Shown: in pieces, positions 1 through 10,389 of the stretch
Layout of the letters: each line of letters opens with the position of its first letter
How positions within the stretch are numbered: position 1 is the first letter of the stretch
DNA from: Cyanophyceae cyanobacterium
Lineage (GTDB): Bacteria > Cyanobacteriota > Cyanobacteriia > Cyanobacteriales > JBHJGN01
DNA: 64,000 nucleotides
Assembly: GCA_050331735.1 (NCBI GenBank)
Contig: JBHJGN010000004.1
Span: 32,001 to 96,000 of the forward strand
Direction: 5' to 3'
The notes under the pieces: model-generated
What the model saw: the letters and a program-made list of their open reading frames with translations, nothing else
Told to the model about the DNA's origin: nothing
Database searches by the model: none
Program-made: the position numbers and the translations under genes

Positions 1-58
1 GAACCCCAGGTAGTCAGAATAATTCGGCTCACGACTGACCTTTGGATACAAATTTACT

Positions 59-565
59 TCATCTTAACCAAGACGAGTAAACCGGATCTGCGTTCTTCAT
101 GTCTTCGTAAATCCAGACCATGCGATCACAAAACCATGCCTTTGGCAGGACAGCACCGATAATGCCTGCAACTACTGCCCAAACATTCAGAGCGTAGAGT
201 CCATAAAACCAGATCAATGCCCCCACAAGCGACATGATTGTTAAGATATTCGCCGCACGTAAGTGGTGCGAGGGAATTTCAACCTTTCTATCGAGAAAAA
301 TGCGTTCGCCGAAGGTGGCTTTAGAACCCCAGTTATTGGTTGACTTCGGCGGGGGAAAAGCTCTGGGGTTATACCAAGTCCAGAGAAAGGATAGGCCGAT
401 AGGCAAGAGCGAATACCAACCTAGCCAGACTCGGCTCCACACTGCCAAACTAATCAGTGGTGTCGTCGTCAAAAAACGTGTCCACACGCTCCAAGGACTA
501 GCATGACGCTTCCACGTCTTGTCGTTCATGGACATTAAATGTTCAGCCTGGGCGAAAATATTCAT
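59..565 (-). CDS. Small membrane protein, DUF6653-like
   Basis: 168 aa with several hydrophobic segments and an N-terminal W-x-R-H-A-S-P-W-S motif; lies downstream of the TetR gene. Confidence 0.6.
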   Translation of the reverse strand: MNIFAQAEHLMSMNDKTWKRHASPWSVWTRFLTTTPLISLAVWSRVWLGWYSLLPIGLSFLWTWYNPRAFPPPKSTNNWGSKATFGERIFLDRKVEIPSHHLRAANILTIMSLVGALIWFYGLYALNVWAVVAGIIGAVLPKAWFCDRMVWIYEDMKNADPVYSSWLR

Positions 566-611
566 GAGTCCTCCTCATTAGTATACTGCTCGGAAATCTG
601 TAGCTCAGGTA

Positions 612-1241
612 TCACACTGCGCTCTCGCTTTCGTTGGTACGTTGAAACAGCCCAGCAACAACACATTGAATCAGAAGCGCTTGCGTTTTACCCCACTCAG
701 CACCGCCGAGCTCTTCCTTGTGCAGCAGGAGATGTGGAATGGCGGTAATGGTATAGAGTACCGCCGCCGGATCTGCTGCTATCATCGCGCCCGAAGCCTG
801 TGCTTCTCTCACAAAGGCGAGGATAGGTTCGTAGCCCAACGCTCGTTTCACCTCCATTCTCTGGTTGCCAGCCTTGCGACGAACCGCCGCTAGCTCTTCA
901 GGAGCTTCAATCAGGCGACGGAGAATCGGATTCTCGGCATATTCCACCATCAGAGCCTTCAAAAAGCTTTCCAGCGCCACTGCGGGTGGCAGTGACCTAT
1001 TCTGTAGTGGGGTTAGGACACGCTCGGCGATGCCTGGTCCCTCCTGCATAATGAGTTCTAAGTAAAGCGCTTCTTTGGAGGAATAGAAAGAGTAAAAAGC
1101 CGCTTTGGAAATACCCGCTTCGCGGGTCAGCGAGTCAATAGACATCTTTCTCAGCCCAACTACAGGCAGCAGGCGACGAGCCGTATCCAGTAAACGAGCT
1201 CTAATCGAGTTGCGTTCTTCAGGAGTAAAGGCGACAGGCAT
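612..1241 (-). CDS. TetR/AcrR family transcriptional regulator
   Basis: N-terminal HTH: GLRKMSIDSLTREAGISKAAFYSFYSSKEAL. Confidence 0.9.
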   Translation of the reverse strand: MPVAFTPEERNSIRARLLDTARRLLPVVGLRKMSIDSLTREAGISKAAFYSFYSSKEALYLELIMQEGPGIAERVLTPLQNRSLPPAVALESFLKALMVEYAENPILRRLIEAPEELAAVRRKAGNQRMEVKRALGYEPILAFVREAQASGAMIAADPAAVLYTITAIPHLLLHKEELGGAEWGKTQALLIQCVVAGLFQRTNESESAV

Positions 1242-1446
1242 TGCAATAAATTGTCTGTGTCCATTTTTATGATTTGATTATACGGTTTTTGACTACTCTA
1301 TGCCACTGTGGCGGGGAGAGCACCAATGAATTAGACACTTAAGCAGAGCGAACGCGATGCTAGGTTGAGGGACGTAAAATCTTGCAAGAGGTGGCTCGAC
1401 ATGAACAAGCCTACTTCCTAAGCCCTCTAGAGGTGTTTCCTTAACC

Positions 1447-1454
1447 GCGATCGC
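1447..1454. repeat. HIP1 palindrome GCGATCGC (one example; many copies across the window)
   Basis: The octamer recurs throughout the window; HIP1 over-representation is a known cyanobacterial trait. Confidence 0.9.
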
Positions 1455-1456
1455 TC

Positions 1457-1876
1457 TTATTCAAACGACTCGTTAACCAGCCAAGTCCCAATGACTTGAC
1501 CTAAACCAACGGGTTGTTCAACAAATCCCAGCTTTTTATAAAAATCCACCGTATCGTCGGTAAATAAATAAACGTGCTGCCCCTTTAGTCGGTTCAGTAA
1601 TGTTTGCATCATTGTGCTTGCTATTCCTTGGTGACGAAAAGGGCTGAATGTCCAAACATCGACGATATAGGCATTGCACACACCATCAGACAAAGCGCGA
1701 GCAGTCCCAATAATGCGACCTTCACTATAAACAATACAGGTGGCATAGCTGTTTTCAAAAGAAGCTTTGAGTTGTTCTGGGCTACGTCCATTGTCAAATT
1801 GATCTTGACTCAGCGTATTTTTCATCTCCACCCAGTCAACCTGCTCTAAATTAGTTTTGTACATTACGTCAATCAT
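1457..1876 (-). CDS. GNAT family N-acetyltransferase
   Basis: IIGTARALSDG...AYIVDV...FRHQGIA (motif A)...FYKKLGF; ATG at 1876 preferred over the TTG at 1912. Confidence 0.85.
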   Translation of the reverse strand: MIDVMYKTNLEQVDWVEMKNTLSQDQFDNGRSPEQLKASFENSYATCIVYSEGRIIGTARALSDGVCNAYIVDVWTFSPFRHQGIASTMMQTLLNRLKGQHVYLFTDDTVDFYKKLGFVEQPVGLGQVIGTWLVNESFE

Positions 1877-1927
1877 TGGCAAGAAACTTGATATCTGTCT
1901 GCTCCAGCTCAAAAACGACAGTGTCTA

Positions 1928-2548
1928 TCAACGCATTATTTGAGTATCGCCATTTTTCTTAAAAACAAACATATTCCCCGTTGCTCCTCGTCCTATTCTG
2001 GTATCTTCATCCAGATAAGAGGTTATCCATAAAGCTTTATTTCTGAACAGCTCTAATATGGGAATGATAAGTGCGGGTAAACGACTACTAGGCAAACCCA
2101 AAAACTTTGTCGGTTGTAAACTAAAGGTATTAAAGCTTACTTGAGCCGTTCGTTCGTCTGGCTCAGGTTGCCAAATTCCCTTAGCACTCAGCCGATAGTC
2201 TCCTAGCAAAGGAAGCTCAATTAAGGCTTGATTATCAGCGGTAATTTGTCTGTCCTGGCTAGCTAAGGTTTGCCAGATTTGAACGGCGATCGCCGAGCCA
2301 AAAACGTTGGCAATCTCTGCCATAGAACGGGTAACAACTGTCCCATTGGCAGCATAGACAAGCCGCCAGTCACCGAGCAAAGCAGTAGAATTACTAGGAC
2401 GAAGCGGCTGTGGAATGGGATTGATGTTCTCTAGCCGTCTGATGTTGTCATCTATGGACGCTTCTGAAAAGGGCAGCAGCGATCGCTCTGGTCCCAACGT
2501 CTCTATTTGATAAAAAAGCTCGGTTTTTAACTGATTGGCTTCAGTCAT
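1928..2548 (-). CDS. PAP/fibrillin family protein
   Basis: LENINPIPQP...LLGDWRLVY and the C-terminal ITSYLDEDTRIGRG..GNMFVF fibrillin motifs. Confidence 0.85.
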   Translation of the reverse strand: MTEANQLKTELFYQIETLGPERSLLPFSEASIDDNIRRLENINPIPQPLRPSNSTALLGDWRLVYAANGTVVTRSMAEIANVFGSAIAVQIWQTLASQDRQITADNQALIELPLLGDYRLSAKGIWQPEPDERTAQVSFNTFSLQPTKFLGLPSSRLPALIIPILELFRNKALWITSYLDEDTRIGRGATGNMFVFKKNGDTQIMR

Positions 2549-2675
2549 CTTCTAGCTTTTCTATAACCACTGTTAGCTTTACAATACCAGCCGCAGGGTT
2601 GGGTTCACCAGCATGAAGATCAGAAACTCGAAGATGCGATAGATTCTTCTCAGAACAGTGCATTAAGCTGACTTG

Positions 2676-3878
2676 CTAACTCCTCACAAAATTAGCCGGG
2701 TCTTGATCTCGGCGATGATTGAGGGGAATGGCAGAACCTTGATTGTCTCCGACTAAAGCGGCGGTCTCCTCTAAAGCCGTCCGCAGCCTCTTGGCGGCGT
2801 AGATAGACATATCTCTAGGAACGTTAACTCTATCCCGGAGGTATCGGAGAGCCGCATCAGTTCCCGGCGAAGGGATACAATCTTCGTTAGTCATCATGTG
2901 TGTTAGAGCACAACGCAGAGCTTTATCAAACAAATCGTCATCAGCCGGGTTAACCCGAATAATGTTGTGGCGATGCTCAATCACTCGTTGGAGAGCTTCG
3001 GCACGAGATGTTTCTGGTTCTGGATAGCATACATCTGGCAGGTCAAACCACGGACCTCGATCGACCCGTTCCTGATTGAGCCGCGTTTGAGGCTCACCGT
3101 TCGACCAGCACCCTCCCATCTGAGGCGGAAGATCGTGGACGTGGGTGTGAAAGTCGCTTTGGGTGCCGCGGTAGGTCGGTCGGCTTTCCATCGCTTCAAA
3201 CCAGTCTGCTAAGCGAGGGTTTGACTCCCGCAGCGAGTACCCCTTGTAATAGTACAAGCTAGCGTTCATGCGTTCAACGTAAGGCGTAAAAATGACATCA
3301 ACGACGCCGAACTGATCGAGAAAATATGGACCTGGAGTGCTGGCGAGGGACTCTTCGACTTTGGCGACTACATCCGTAAACTGTTGGCGGTTACGCTGCT
3401 CTTCCTTGGCCGAGCGTACCGGGTAGCAAAGCCAGGCACACCAAGCTCTAAACAAGAGTCTCTCTAGCCGCCGTAGAGGAAGCACCGAGGCGTCTTCCAG
3501 GCTCCGCCCCAAGGGTCCAAACTGTTCTAAAGCGATTAAAATATCGTCGCTTTCGGTGATGATGCGACCATCTAGCTCGATAGCTGGCAACATTCCCGAC
3601 GGCACTTTGCGCCGATACCAACTTTCTTTTTTTCCATAGCAGAACATCGTTACTTTATCAATGCGATAAGGAATCTGCTTTTCCTCCAGCCACAGCCACA
3701 CTTTCTGGCAGTAGGGACACCAAGCGTGCTTATCGCGGTACAGTGTTAAGCGAACCTCAGTTTCATCCCGTCCAAACAGGCGCAGACAGGCTTGAGCATT
3801 AGTCGGTCCGTTGATACGGTCTAATTGGAAGTCAGTAAGCTTGGCTAATTCTGTCCAGGTTAAGGGAGCGACGGTCAT
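2676..3878 (-). CDS. Glutathione S-transferase family protein (long cyanobacterial/plant type)
   Basis: [21 protein letters not shown]; cis-Pro region [18 protein letters not shown]. Confidence 0.85.
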   Translation of the reverse strand: MTVAPLTWTELAKLTDFQLDRINGPTNAQACLRLFGRDETEVRLTLYRDKHAWCPYCQKVWLWLEEKQIPYRIDKVTMFCYGKKESWYRRKVPSGMLPAIELDGRIITESDDILIALEQFGPLGRSLEDASVLPLRRLERLLFRAWCAWLCYPVRSAKEEQRNRQQFTDVVAKVEESLASTPGPYFLDQFGVVDVIFTPYVERMNASLYYYKGYSLRESNPRLADWFEAMESRPTYRGTQSDFHTHVHDLPPQMGGCWSNGEPQTRLNQERVDRGPWFDLPDVCYPEPETSRAEALQRVIEHRHNIIRVNPADDDLFDKALRCALTHMMTNEDCIPSPGTDAALRYLRDRVNVPRDMSIYAAKRLRTALEETAALVGDNQGSAIPLNHRRDQDPANFVRS

Positions 3879-3924
3879 ATAGGTTTCCTTCTAGCGGCAA
3901 GACAAGACAATCTTTGCTCATTTT

Positions 3925-4863
3925 TCACTGGCCGAGATTATCGCTGCTCCGCGAGAGGCGGAGGTTGATCAGCGACGGAATCAAAATGGCCAAAAATAAA
4001 AATAAACCGATGGTGCAGGCGTAGCTAATATCTAGATCTTGAAAAGCTCGCTCGTAGATGTAGTAAACAACGGTTTTAGAACTGTTGAGAGGTCCACCTC
4101 CGGTCATAATGTAGATTTCTTCAAAAACCTTAGTCGCAGAAATGGCCGAAATGACGGCAACCAAGAGTAAATAGGGACGCATCAACGGCAGAGTAATATC
4201 CCAATGCTTGCTCAAGCCATCGGAACCATCAATGGCAGCCGCTTCGTACAGTTCCGGGGAAATGGTTTGCAAGCCAGCCAGATAAATCACCATGTAGTAG
4301 CCGAGTCCTTTCCAGATTGTCACCACCATGACGCTCCAAATTGCTAAATTAGGACTGGTTAACCAAGGAATCCCCTCAAAACCCAACTGTCTGAGCCACT
4401 GGTTAATCATGCCGTTATCAGCATACAGTGCTTTCCAAGCAATGCCGGCTACCACCATCGAAATCACCACCGGGGTATAGAACGACATCCGAAACCAGTG
4501 CATACCGCGCAGCTTTCGATTGACTAGAATAGCTAATCCTAAAGGGGCAACGACGAGAATCGGCACAACTCCAACCAGATACAGCAGGGTATTTCTGAGG
4601 GTTTGCCAAAACACCGGATCGGCCCACAGTCGGTGGAAGTTAGCCAAACCAACCCACTCGGGAGCGAGGGTGAGATCGTACTCGTAGCGCGTGAAGCTCA
4701 GAGAAAAAGCCTGAATAGCTGGTCCAAAAACAGCGATCGCCAACACCACAGCGGCAGGCAAAAGGAATAAATAGGGAGCCATCCCCCGCCACAGTCGCGA
4801 ATTGTGCCGTAGCCTATAGAGATTTTTGAGGACAGCGTTCCTAAACCGGGACCAGTGACTCAT
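3925..4863 (-). CDS. Carbohydrate ABC transporter permease
   Basis: Multiple TM helices and EAA loop ELYEAAAIDGS...ITLPL. Confidence 0.9.
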   Translation of the reverse strand: MSHWSRFRNAVLKNLYRLRHNSRLWRGMAPYLFLLPAAVVLAIAVFGPAIQAFSLSFTRYEYDLTLAPEWVGLANFHRLWADPVFWQTLRNTLLYLVGVVPILVVAPLGLAILVNRKLRGMHWFRMSFYTPVVISMVVAGIAWKALYADNGMINQWLRQLGFEGIPWLTSPNLAIWSVMVVTIWKGLGYYMVIYLAGLQTISPELYEAAAIDGSDGLSKHWDITLPLMRPYLLLVAVISAISATKVFEEIYIMTGGGPLNSSKTVVYYIYERAFQDLDISYACTIGLFLFLAILIPSLINLRLSRSSDNLGQ

Positions 4864-4926
4864 GCGATCGCCTACCCATCTTTGTGACTTCTGTTTCCAT
4901 TAGCTTACCGGGGGGAGTCGCTTACA

Positions 4927-5154
4927 TCAACGCCTGCGCTGGCGACTGACGTACTGCCCGTGAATATTGACGGCATACGGCACCAAATAAGTCAGTAGTC
5001 CAGAGAGCCAGCGCGATCGCGTCATCTTTCCCTGCGTCAGCGCCGCACCGTGATTTATGATAAACAGCACAGTCCCGACAATGGCAGCAACCTTCAGCGC
5101 CATTGGCATCAATTTCAGATCGAACAACGCTTGACAATATCCTTTAATACTCAT
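4927..5154 (-). CDS. nrtS: Small nitrate/nitrite transporter NrtS-like protein
   Basis: ALKVAAIVGTVLFIINHG...LTYLVPYAVNIHGQ matches my recollection of the NrtS family; ATG at 5154. Confidence 0.75.
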   Translation of the reverse strand: MSIKGYCQALFDLKLMPMALKVAAIVGTVLFIINHGAALTQGKMTRSRWLSGLLTYLVPYAVNIHGQYVSRQRRR

Positions 5155-5255
5155 GCGGTAGACAGGCAAAGAGGGAGCAGTACTTCCCCTGACTATTGCC
5201 AGAAATCAGCTATCCTCAACTGAGGTTAAAGAGAACAGCTAGGTTAGCAATCGAG

Positions 5256-5311
5256 CAGAAGTCAGAAGTTCACGGTCAAAAGTCAGTCCTTAACCGCCAG
5301 AAGTCAGAACT
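5256..5311. repeat. Short heptamer tandem repeats (CAGAAGT-like)
   Basis: cagaagtcagaagt...caaaagtcag...cagaagtcagaact. Confidence 0.55.
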
Positions 5312-5507
5312 ATTATTTCTTTCTCGACTGACGCTTAGGCTATCTATGCTGGGTCAAAACCTGACAGCTCTCGCTATAGAGGTCCAAAAAGCGCTAAACT
5401 GACTTAAAATTCTCGTTTTAGAGATATAGATTAAGACTGTATCATTAAATTTACCTGCTAATACCCAGTCTACAGAAAACATGCTCACTCTTGATTAATA
5501 AGAGCTA

Positions 5508-6716
5508 TTGTCGATGTCTATGAACTCCATGTTTTCCACCGACAGTTGTATTCTAGGGCTTAATCTTATCAACCTGTTGAAAAATTTGTCGGGCCGTCAA
5601 TTCTGCGGTTGCATAACAGGAGAAAGCAAGGCGTTGACGTGGCGACTTTACTTTCACCAGGGCAAGATTAGCTATGCTACAAATTCCATTGCCCCCTTTG
5701 AACGAGTTAAACGGTATCTCTATAGCTTAAGCAATCAAAATTTAAGATTAGTCAGTGTTGTTAGTACCCTACAGACTCACGGCCATTCAACAGATTTATT
5801 GGTAATTTGTTGGTTGTTAGAGCGTGGTTTAGTGCGTCCAGAGATAGCTAAAGTGCTCGTGAGAGAAATGGCCAGAGAAACACTAGAGAGCTTGCTGTTG
5901 TCTCCGATTGCGCCTGACATCCACTACAGTGATGCTCGCTGTCCTTTCGACTATCAAATAGAATTTTCCTCGCTCTTGGCAGAGTGTCAGGCGAGGCTCC
6001 AGCAGTGGACTGCGTTGCTTCCCACCATTGAGTCTCCTTTTCAGCGTCCTTTTCTCGTTCATCCCCAGTCGTTGGCGAGCGATCGCCGCCTCCAAAGACT
6101 GAGGAAAGTGCTGACGGGGTTCAGCTTTCGTCAGCTTGCCGTTCTCCTCAAGCAGGACGAATGCTTGATTGCTCAAAGAATGCAGCCGCTGATTGCCCAG
6201 AAGCTAATCGGATTGAAAGCACCTCAGCCTCCTTTCGATCGATTGCCGAGTCTAGCAACTCTACTCCAAGGTGGCGCTGGATCTCCCACACCACATCAAG
6301 AGCAAGCAGCACCTGTTGTGCAATGTTCTAGTGCCGATCAACAAAAACAGTGGCAAATTGTTTGCATTGATGATAGTCCAGCCGCCATCCGGCAAATTGA
6401 AGAGTTCCTCCAAGAGCTTGAGCTTTCACTCATTAAATTCAGCGAACCCGTTAAAGCGTTGCTAGAAATTTCTAAACTTCAACCCGACTTAATTTTACTA
6501 GATGTGGGAATGCCCAATATTGATGGCTATAGTTTATGCTCTCTGCTGAGGAAAAACTCATTGCTGAAAACAACGCCAATCGTCATGGTAACAGGTTACC
6601 AGGGGTTGATTAATCAAACCAAAGCCGATTTTGTCGGAGCCACCGATTATCTCACAAAACCGTTTACTCAATCAGAACTCGTCGCCGTGGTTTTAAAACA
6701 CATCAATAGCTCTTAA
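5508..6716 (+). CDS. PatA-type response regulator (PATAN/DUF4388 + REC)
   Basis: N-terminal PATAN-like WRLYFHQGKISYA; C-terminal REC CIDDS...LLDVGMP...YLTKPF; start codon uncertain. Confidence 0.85.
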   Translation: MSMSMNSMFSTDSCILGLNLINLLKNLSGRQFCGCITGESKALTWRLYFHQGKISYATNSIAPFERVKRYLYSLSNQNLRLVSVVSTLQTHGHSTDLLVICWLLERGLVRPEIAKVLVREMARETLESLLLSPIAPDIHYSDARCPFDYQIEFSSLLAECQARLQQWTALLPTIESPFQRPFLVHPQSLASDRRLQRLRKVLTGFSFRQLAVLLKQDECLIAQRMQPLIAQKLIGLKAPQPPFDRLPSLATLLQGGAGSPTPHQEQAAPVVQCSSADQQKQWQIVCIDDSPAAIRQIEEFLQELELSLIKFSEPVKALLEISKLQPDLILLDVGMPNIDGYSLCSLLRKNSLLKTTPIVMVTGYQGLINQTKADFVGATDYLTKPFTQSELVAVVLKHINSS

Positions 6717-6886
6717 CCGAAGCAATTCTGTTAGTGAGATATCCCTGAGCGTAACTATTAACCATCAACAAAGAATTTCAGATATCCTGCTAGCTAAAAG
6801 TATGACCCATAACTCTGATATTCGTGACTTTATTTGTGACTTTTGGTGCCTAAACTGTTAACCTTGCAATCTAGACTCAGCAAACA

Positions 6887-7258
6887 ATGAATAGTAAGCT
6901 AACTGTCTTAGTAGTTGAAGATAGTCCGTCTGAGATGTTATTGATTAGCGGCTATTTACGGGAGAGCGGCTATAACGTCATCAACGCCTACAGCGGCAAA
7001 GAAGCCATGGAAAAGGCGATGGAGCAGCGGCCCGATGTCGTGGTGACCGATGTAGTTATGCCAGGAATGAACGGATTTGAACTATGTCGCAGCTTAAAGA
7101 AGCATCCGTCTACTCAGAAAATTCCGGTGGTAGCCTGTACCTCCAAAGATCAGGAATTGGATCGCCTGTGGGGCATGAAACAGGGCATTGATATTTATCT
7201 CACCAAACCAGCGACGCAAGAAAAAATCGTGCGAGCCGTCAGAGCGGCGGTCATCTAA
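6887..7258 (+). CDS. CheY-like single-domain response regulator (PixH/PilH-like)
   Basis: VVEDS...TDVVMPGMNGFELCR...DRLWGMKQG. Confidence 0.9.
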   Translation: MNSKLTVLVVEDSPSEMLLISGYLRESGYNVINAYSGKEAMEKAMEQRPDVVVTDVVMPGMNGFELCRSLKKHPSTQKIPVVACTSKDQELDRLWGMKQGIDIYLTKPATQEKIVRAVRAAVI

Positions 7259-7264
7259 ACAGAT

Positions 7265-7768
7265 ATGAACTCCGCCACTTCCTACCCCACCCCGTTACCG
7301 TCTCAAACTGACGAGAGCTATCTTCAGCTACAGCTTGCTCGCCAAACGCGAGCAGTTCTTCCTCTCCAGGCGGCTCGAAAGGTTCTGGTGATTCCAAAAA
7401 CAAAAGTCACTCCAATTCCTAACATGCCGGAGTGCTTTCTAGGATTATTCAGTCAGCGCAGTCAGGTATTTTGGGCCGTAGATCTGCTCAAAATTCTGGA
7501 CCTACGGCCATCAGAAATGCCGCCTCGCGACTACAGCGTTGTCGTCATTAATAGCGGGGAAATCACTTTAGGATTAGTGGTTCAAGAAGTTCGAGGCGTA
7601 CTGCGGTTAGCCACAAACTCGATTCAATCGCCAAGCGGGATGGTGGCTCCCCGCTTAGGGCCTTATCTACAGGGATGTCTGCTAGAGCAGGGAGAAGTGC
7701 TGCTCGTTCTCAACGTGCAGGCGATCGCCCGCTCGCCAGCCCTCTACTCGGTGCCACCCCCGGTGTAA
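7265..7768 (+). CDS. cheW: CheW-like adaptor
   Basis: VTPIPNMPECFLGL...LGLVVQEVRGV; position within the taxis cluster. Confidence 0.85.
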   Translation: MNSATSYPTPLPSQTDESYLQLQLARQTRAVLPLQAARKVLVIPKTKVTPIPNMPECFLGLFSQRSQVFWAVDLLKILDLRPSEMPPRDYSVVVINSGEITLGLVVQEVRGVLRLATNSIQSPSGMVAPRLGPYLQGCLLEQGEVLLVLNVQAIARSPALYSVPPPV

Positions 7769-8010
7769 ACGGGACGGGGAAGGGGAAATCGCTTCGCGAT
7801 GGGGGAAATAGTTGCTCCGCAACGGGGAAGCAGTGCGACCCCGCGTCGGCGAAAGACGCAAGGGAACGCGCACCAAGACAGGGGGAAAGGGGAAGGGGGA
7901 AAGGAATCAAGATTTATGGGGAGGACTGTTCTCACATAGCTATGAGGGCGAGGGAAAATACAAATTAATCATTCCCTATTTCCCGTGCCGAAGGCACTAC
8001 TCCTTCCCGT
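7769..8010. repeat. Dispersed purine-rich/pyrimidine-rich hairpin repeat, copy 1
   Basis: gggacggggaaggggaaatcgcttcgcgatggggg resembles the left ends of the copies at ~13.1, ~16.0 and ~19.1 kb. Confidence 0.65.
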
Positions 8011-8052
8011 AGCTAACGCTGCCTTAAATAAAGTTGATTTAGAGGACTGACA

Positions 8053-10389
8053 ATGGCTATTTATTCTTCCGAGGATGTACGACAGGAGCACCTATCTCCT
8101 GAACCGACGCAGGTTGCAAATGGTAACACTCCGGGTAACGACACTCCGGATAACGGTAAGGCGACAGTTTTAGCAGCCCCCAAAAAACGTCGGCAGGGTC
8201 GGCGTCGGTTTGGATTAAGGCAAAAAGCGACTCTACTGGCGATCGCCGTTGGCACCATTCCGGTGGCGGTAGTCGGGGCGGTCGCCTATCGCCTCGCCAG
8301 CCAGTCGCTGACCGAAGAAATTGTCAGGGCGCAAGAAAGTATTACCCGCGAACTCGCCAGAGAAGTGGAACAATTTACCGAAGAAATCGTTAAGGATGTT
8401 CAGCTTCTCACTCAGTCTCCCCTCCTCGTCAATCCTGACCTGAATCAGGTTGCTACCCGGCAGCAGCAGGTTGCGCTACTGAATAACCTGGTGGAGGTAA
8501 GTGCCGGAATTGAAGAAAGCATCGCCGTGTACGATCTCCAAGGAAACTTCCTGTTTGGGTCTGAGGGAATACAAACATCAGCAGAAGAGAACGAGAGCGA
8601 AGAGGAGTACTTTCAGCGTGCGGTGGCAAGCCGCGCCCTAACGATTAGCGATCCGCAGGTCACTTCAGATGGCGAAATCAGCGTTCACATCGTGGCTCCC
8701 CTCGAAGAAATGACAACGGGGAGCCTGATCGGCCTGCTAGAGCTCCAGGTTGCTGCCGACCGCTATGCCGATGTCTTTGTTCTTGCCCGCGCTCAGAATC
8801 TGGAGTATAAGTTGGTCGATGCTAACGGAGCAATTTTTGTTGCCGATGAAACAGAGTGGATGGGGCAAGCCCTTTCGGCAGAATTTGGAGAATTCCCTCA
8901 GCTAGAGGAGGAAGTGTTAGCAGCACAAAACCGTTTCCCCGACACTGACGAACCGCCTCTCGAAGCAGTCGCGACAGGAGTTCTCTATGACGAAGCCGAG
9001 CAAGAAGATGCCTTAGTGACCTACATTAGGCTAGAAGACCCCACGGGAATGGGAGAACCATCCTGGAGTTTGGCGATTGCTCAAGATACCGGAGATGCCT
9101 TTGCGCCGATTAACCAGCTTCGTTTAACATTTCTCCTGGGTACCGGAGTGGCAGCTTTGCTCGTGGGGGCGATCGCGGCGATCATCGCTCGGCAAGCGGT
9201 GCGGCCCTTGGTGGCCTCAGCATCGGCAGTAGAACAGATCGGTCGGGGAGACTTAGAAACCCGCTTGCCCGTGCGCGGAAGCGATGAACTGGCGGTGCTG
9301 GGAGACAATATTAACCTCATGGCAGAGCAAATCCAGACGCTTGTAGCCAGCCAAACCGCCGAAACCGAACGTCAGAAGCAGCAGAATCAGGCTCTTCAGC
9401 AAGAGCTACTCGGGCTGATCGAGCAGGTGGACCAAGCGTCTAAAGGGGATCTGACGGTGCGGGCCGAAATCACGTCTGGAGAAATTGGCGTGATCGCCGA
9501 CGTGTTTAACGTGATTGTCGAGAGTTTGCGGGAGCTGGTGGGACGAGTCAAGCAAACTGCCATTCAGGTGAGTAGTTCGGTCGGCACGAACGAAGAGTCG
9601 ATGCGTCAGTTAGCAGAGCAGGCAGCGATGCAGGCTTCCCAAGTAGAGCAAATTCGGCAGTCGGTCGAGGAAATGTCTGGCTCGATTCAATCGGTGGCGC
9701 AAAATACCCGGCAAGCGGCTACCGTAGCCCGCTCCGCCTCGACGACGGCTGAAACTGGCGGCGTGGCGATGGAGCGCACCGTTCGCAGTATTGTGCAGCT
9801 CCGCGAGACAATATCAGAAACGGGGAAAAAAGTCAAGAGACTGGGAGAGGCTTCGCAGCAGATTTCGCGGGTCGTAGCGCTCATCAACCAAATTGCCCTT
9901 AAGACCAACCTCCTCGCGGTAAATGCCTCGATTGAGGCAGCGCGGGCCGGAGAAGAAGGACTTGGATTTGCGGTGGTCGCCGAGGAAGTGGGAGAGCTGG
10001 CAGCCCAATCTGCCACCGCTACGACAGAAATTGAGCAAATCGTGGAAAACATCCAGCGAGAAACCGAAGAAGTCGTGAAAGCGATGAACCTGGGGACTAC
10101 TCAGGTGGCCCAAGGAACGCGGCAGGTAGCCGAAACCCGGCAAAGCCTCACGCAGATTGTGGAGGTATCCCGTCAGATCGACGAACTGCTTCAGTCCATC
10201 GTGCAGACCACCATCTCCCAAGCCCAAACCTCTCGCTCCATCAACGATTTGATGGAAAATATCGCCCACAATTCTACCCAAACGTCCAATGCCTCCAGCC
10301 AGGTGTCTCGCTCGCTCCAGGAAACCGTCCAGATGGCTCAGGAACTCGAGAACTCGGTGGCAACCTTTACAGTAGAGGAGCGGGCATAG
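8053..10389 (+). CDS. Methyl-accepting chemotaxis protein (2 TM, Cache-like sensor, HAMP, MCP signalling domain)
   Basis: Two TM helices; HAMP GDLETRLPVRGSDELAVLG; hairpin IALKTNLLAVNASIEAARAGEEGLGFAVVAEEV. Confidence 0.95.
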   Translation: MAIYSSEDVRQEHLSPEPTQVANGNTPGNDTPDNGKATVLAAPKKRRQGRRRFGLRQKATLLAIAVGTIPVAVVGAVAYRLASQSLTEEIVRAQESITRELAREVEQFTEEIVKDVQLLTQSPLLVNPDLNQVATRQQQVALLNNLVEVSAGIEESIAVYDLQGNFLFGSEGIQTSAEENESEEEYFQRAVASRALTISDPQVTSDGEISVHIVAPLEEMTTGSLIGLLELQVAADRYADVFVLARAQNLEYKLVDANGAIFVADETEWMGQALSAEFGEFPQLEEEVLAAQNRFPDTDEPPLEAVATGVLYDEAEQEDALVTYIRLEDPTGMGEPSWSLAIAQDTGDAFAPINQLRLTFLLGTGVAALLVGAIAAIIARQAVRPLVASASAVEQIGRGDLETRLPVRGSDELAVLGDNINLMAEQIQTLVASQTAETERQKQQNQALQQELLGLIEQVDQASKGDLTVRAEITSGEIGVIADVFNVIVESLRELVGRVKQTAIQVSSSVGTNEESMRQLAEQAAMQASQVEQIRQSVEEMSGSIQSVAQNTRQAATVARSASTTAETGGVAMERTVRSIVQLRETISETGKKVKRLGEASQQISRVVALINQIALKTNLLAVNASIEAARAGEEGLGFAVVAEEVGELAAQSATATTEIEQIVENIQRETEEVVKAMNLGTTQVAQGTRQVAETRQSLTQIVEVSRQIDELLQSIVQTTISQAQTSRSINDLMENIAHNSTQTSNASSQVSRSLQETVQMAQELENSVATFTVEERA

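Noticed and set aside
5196..5402. 68-aa ORF upstream of patA
   Set aside because: TTG start, built partly from heptamer repeats, with no recognisable family
7675..8012. Several short overlapping ORFs between cheW and the MCP
   Set aside because: They are translations of low-complexity repeat DNA with no protein motifs
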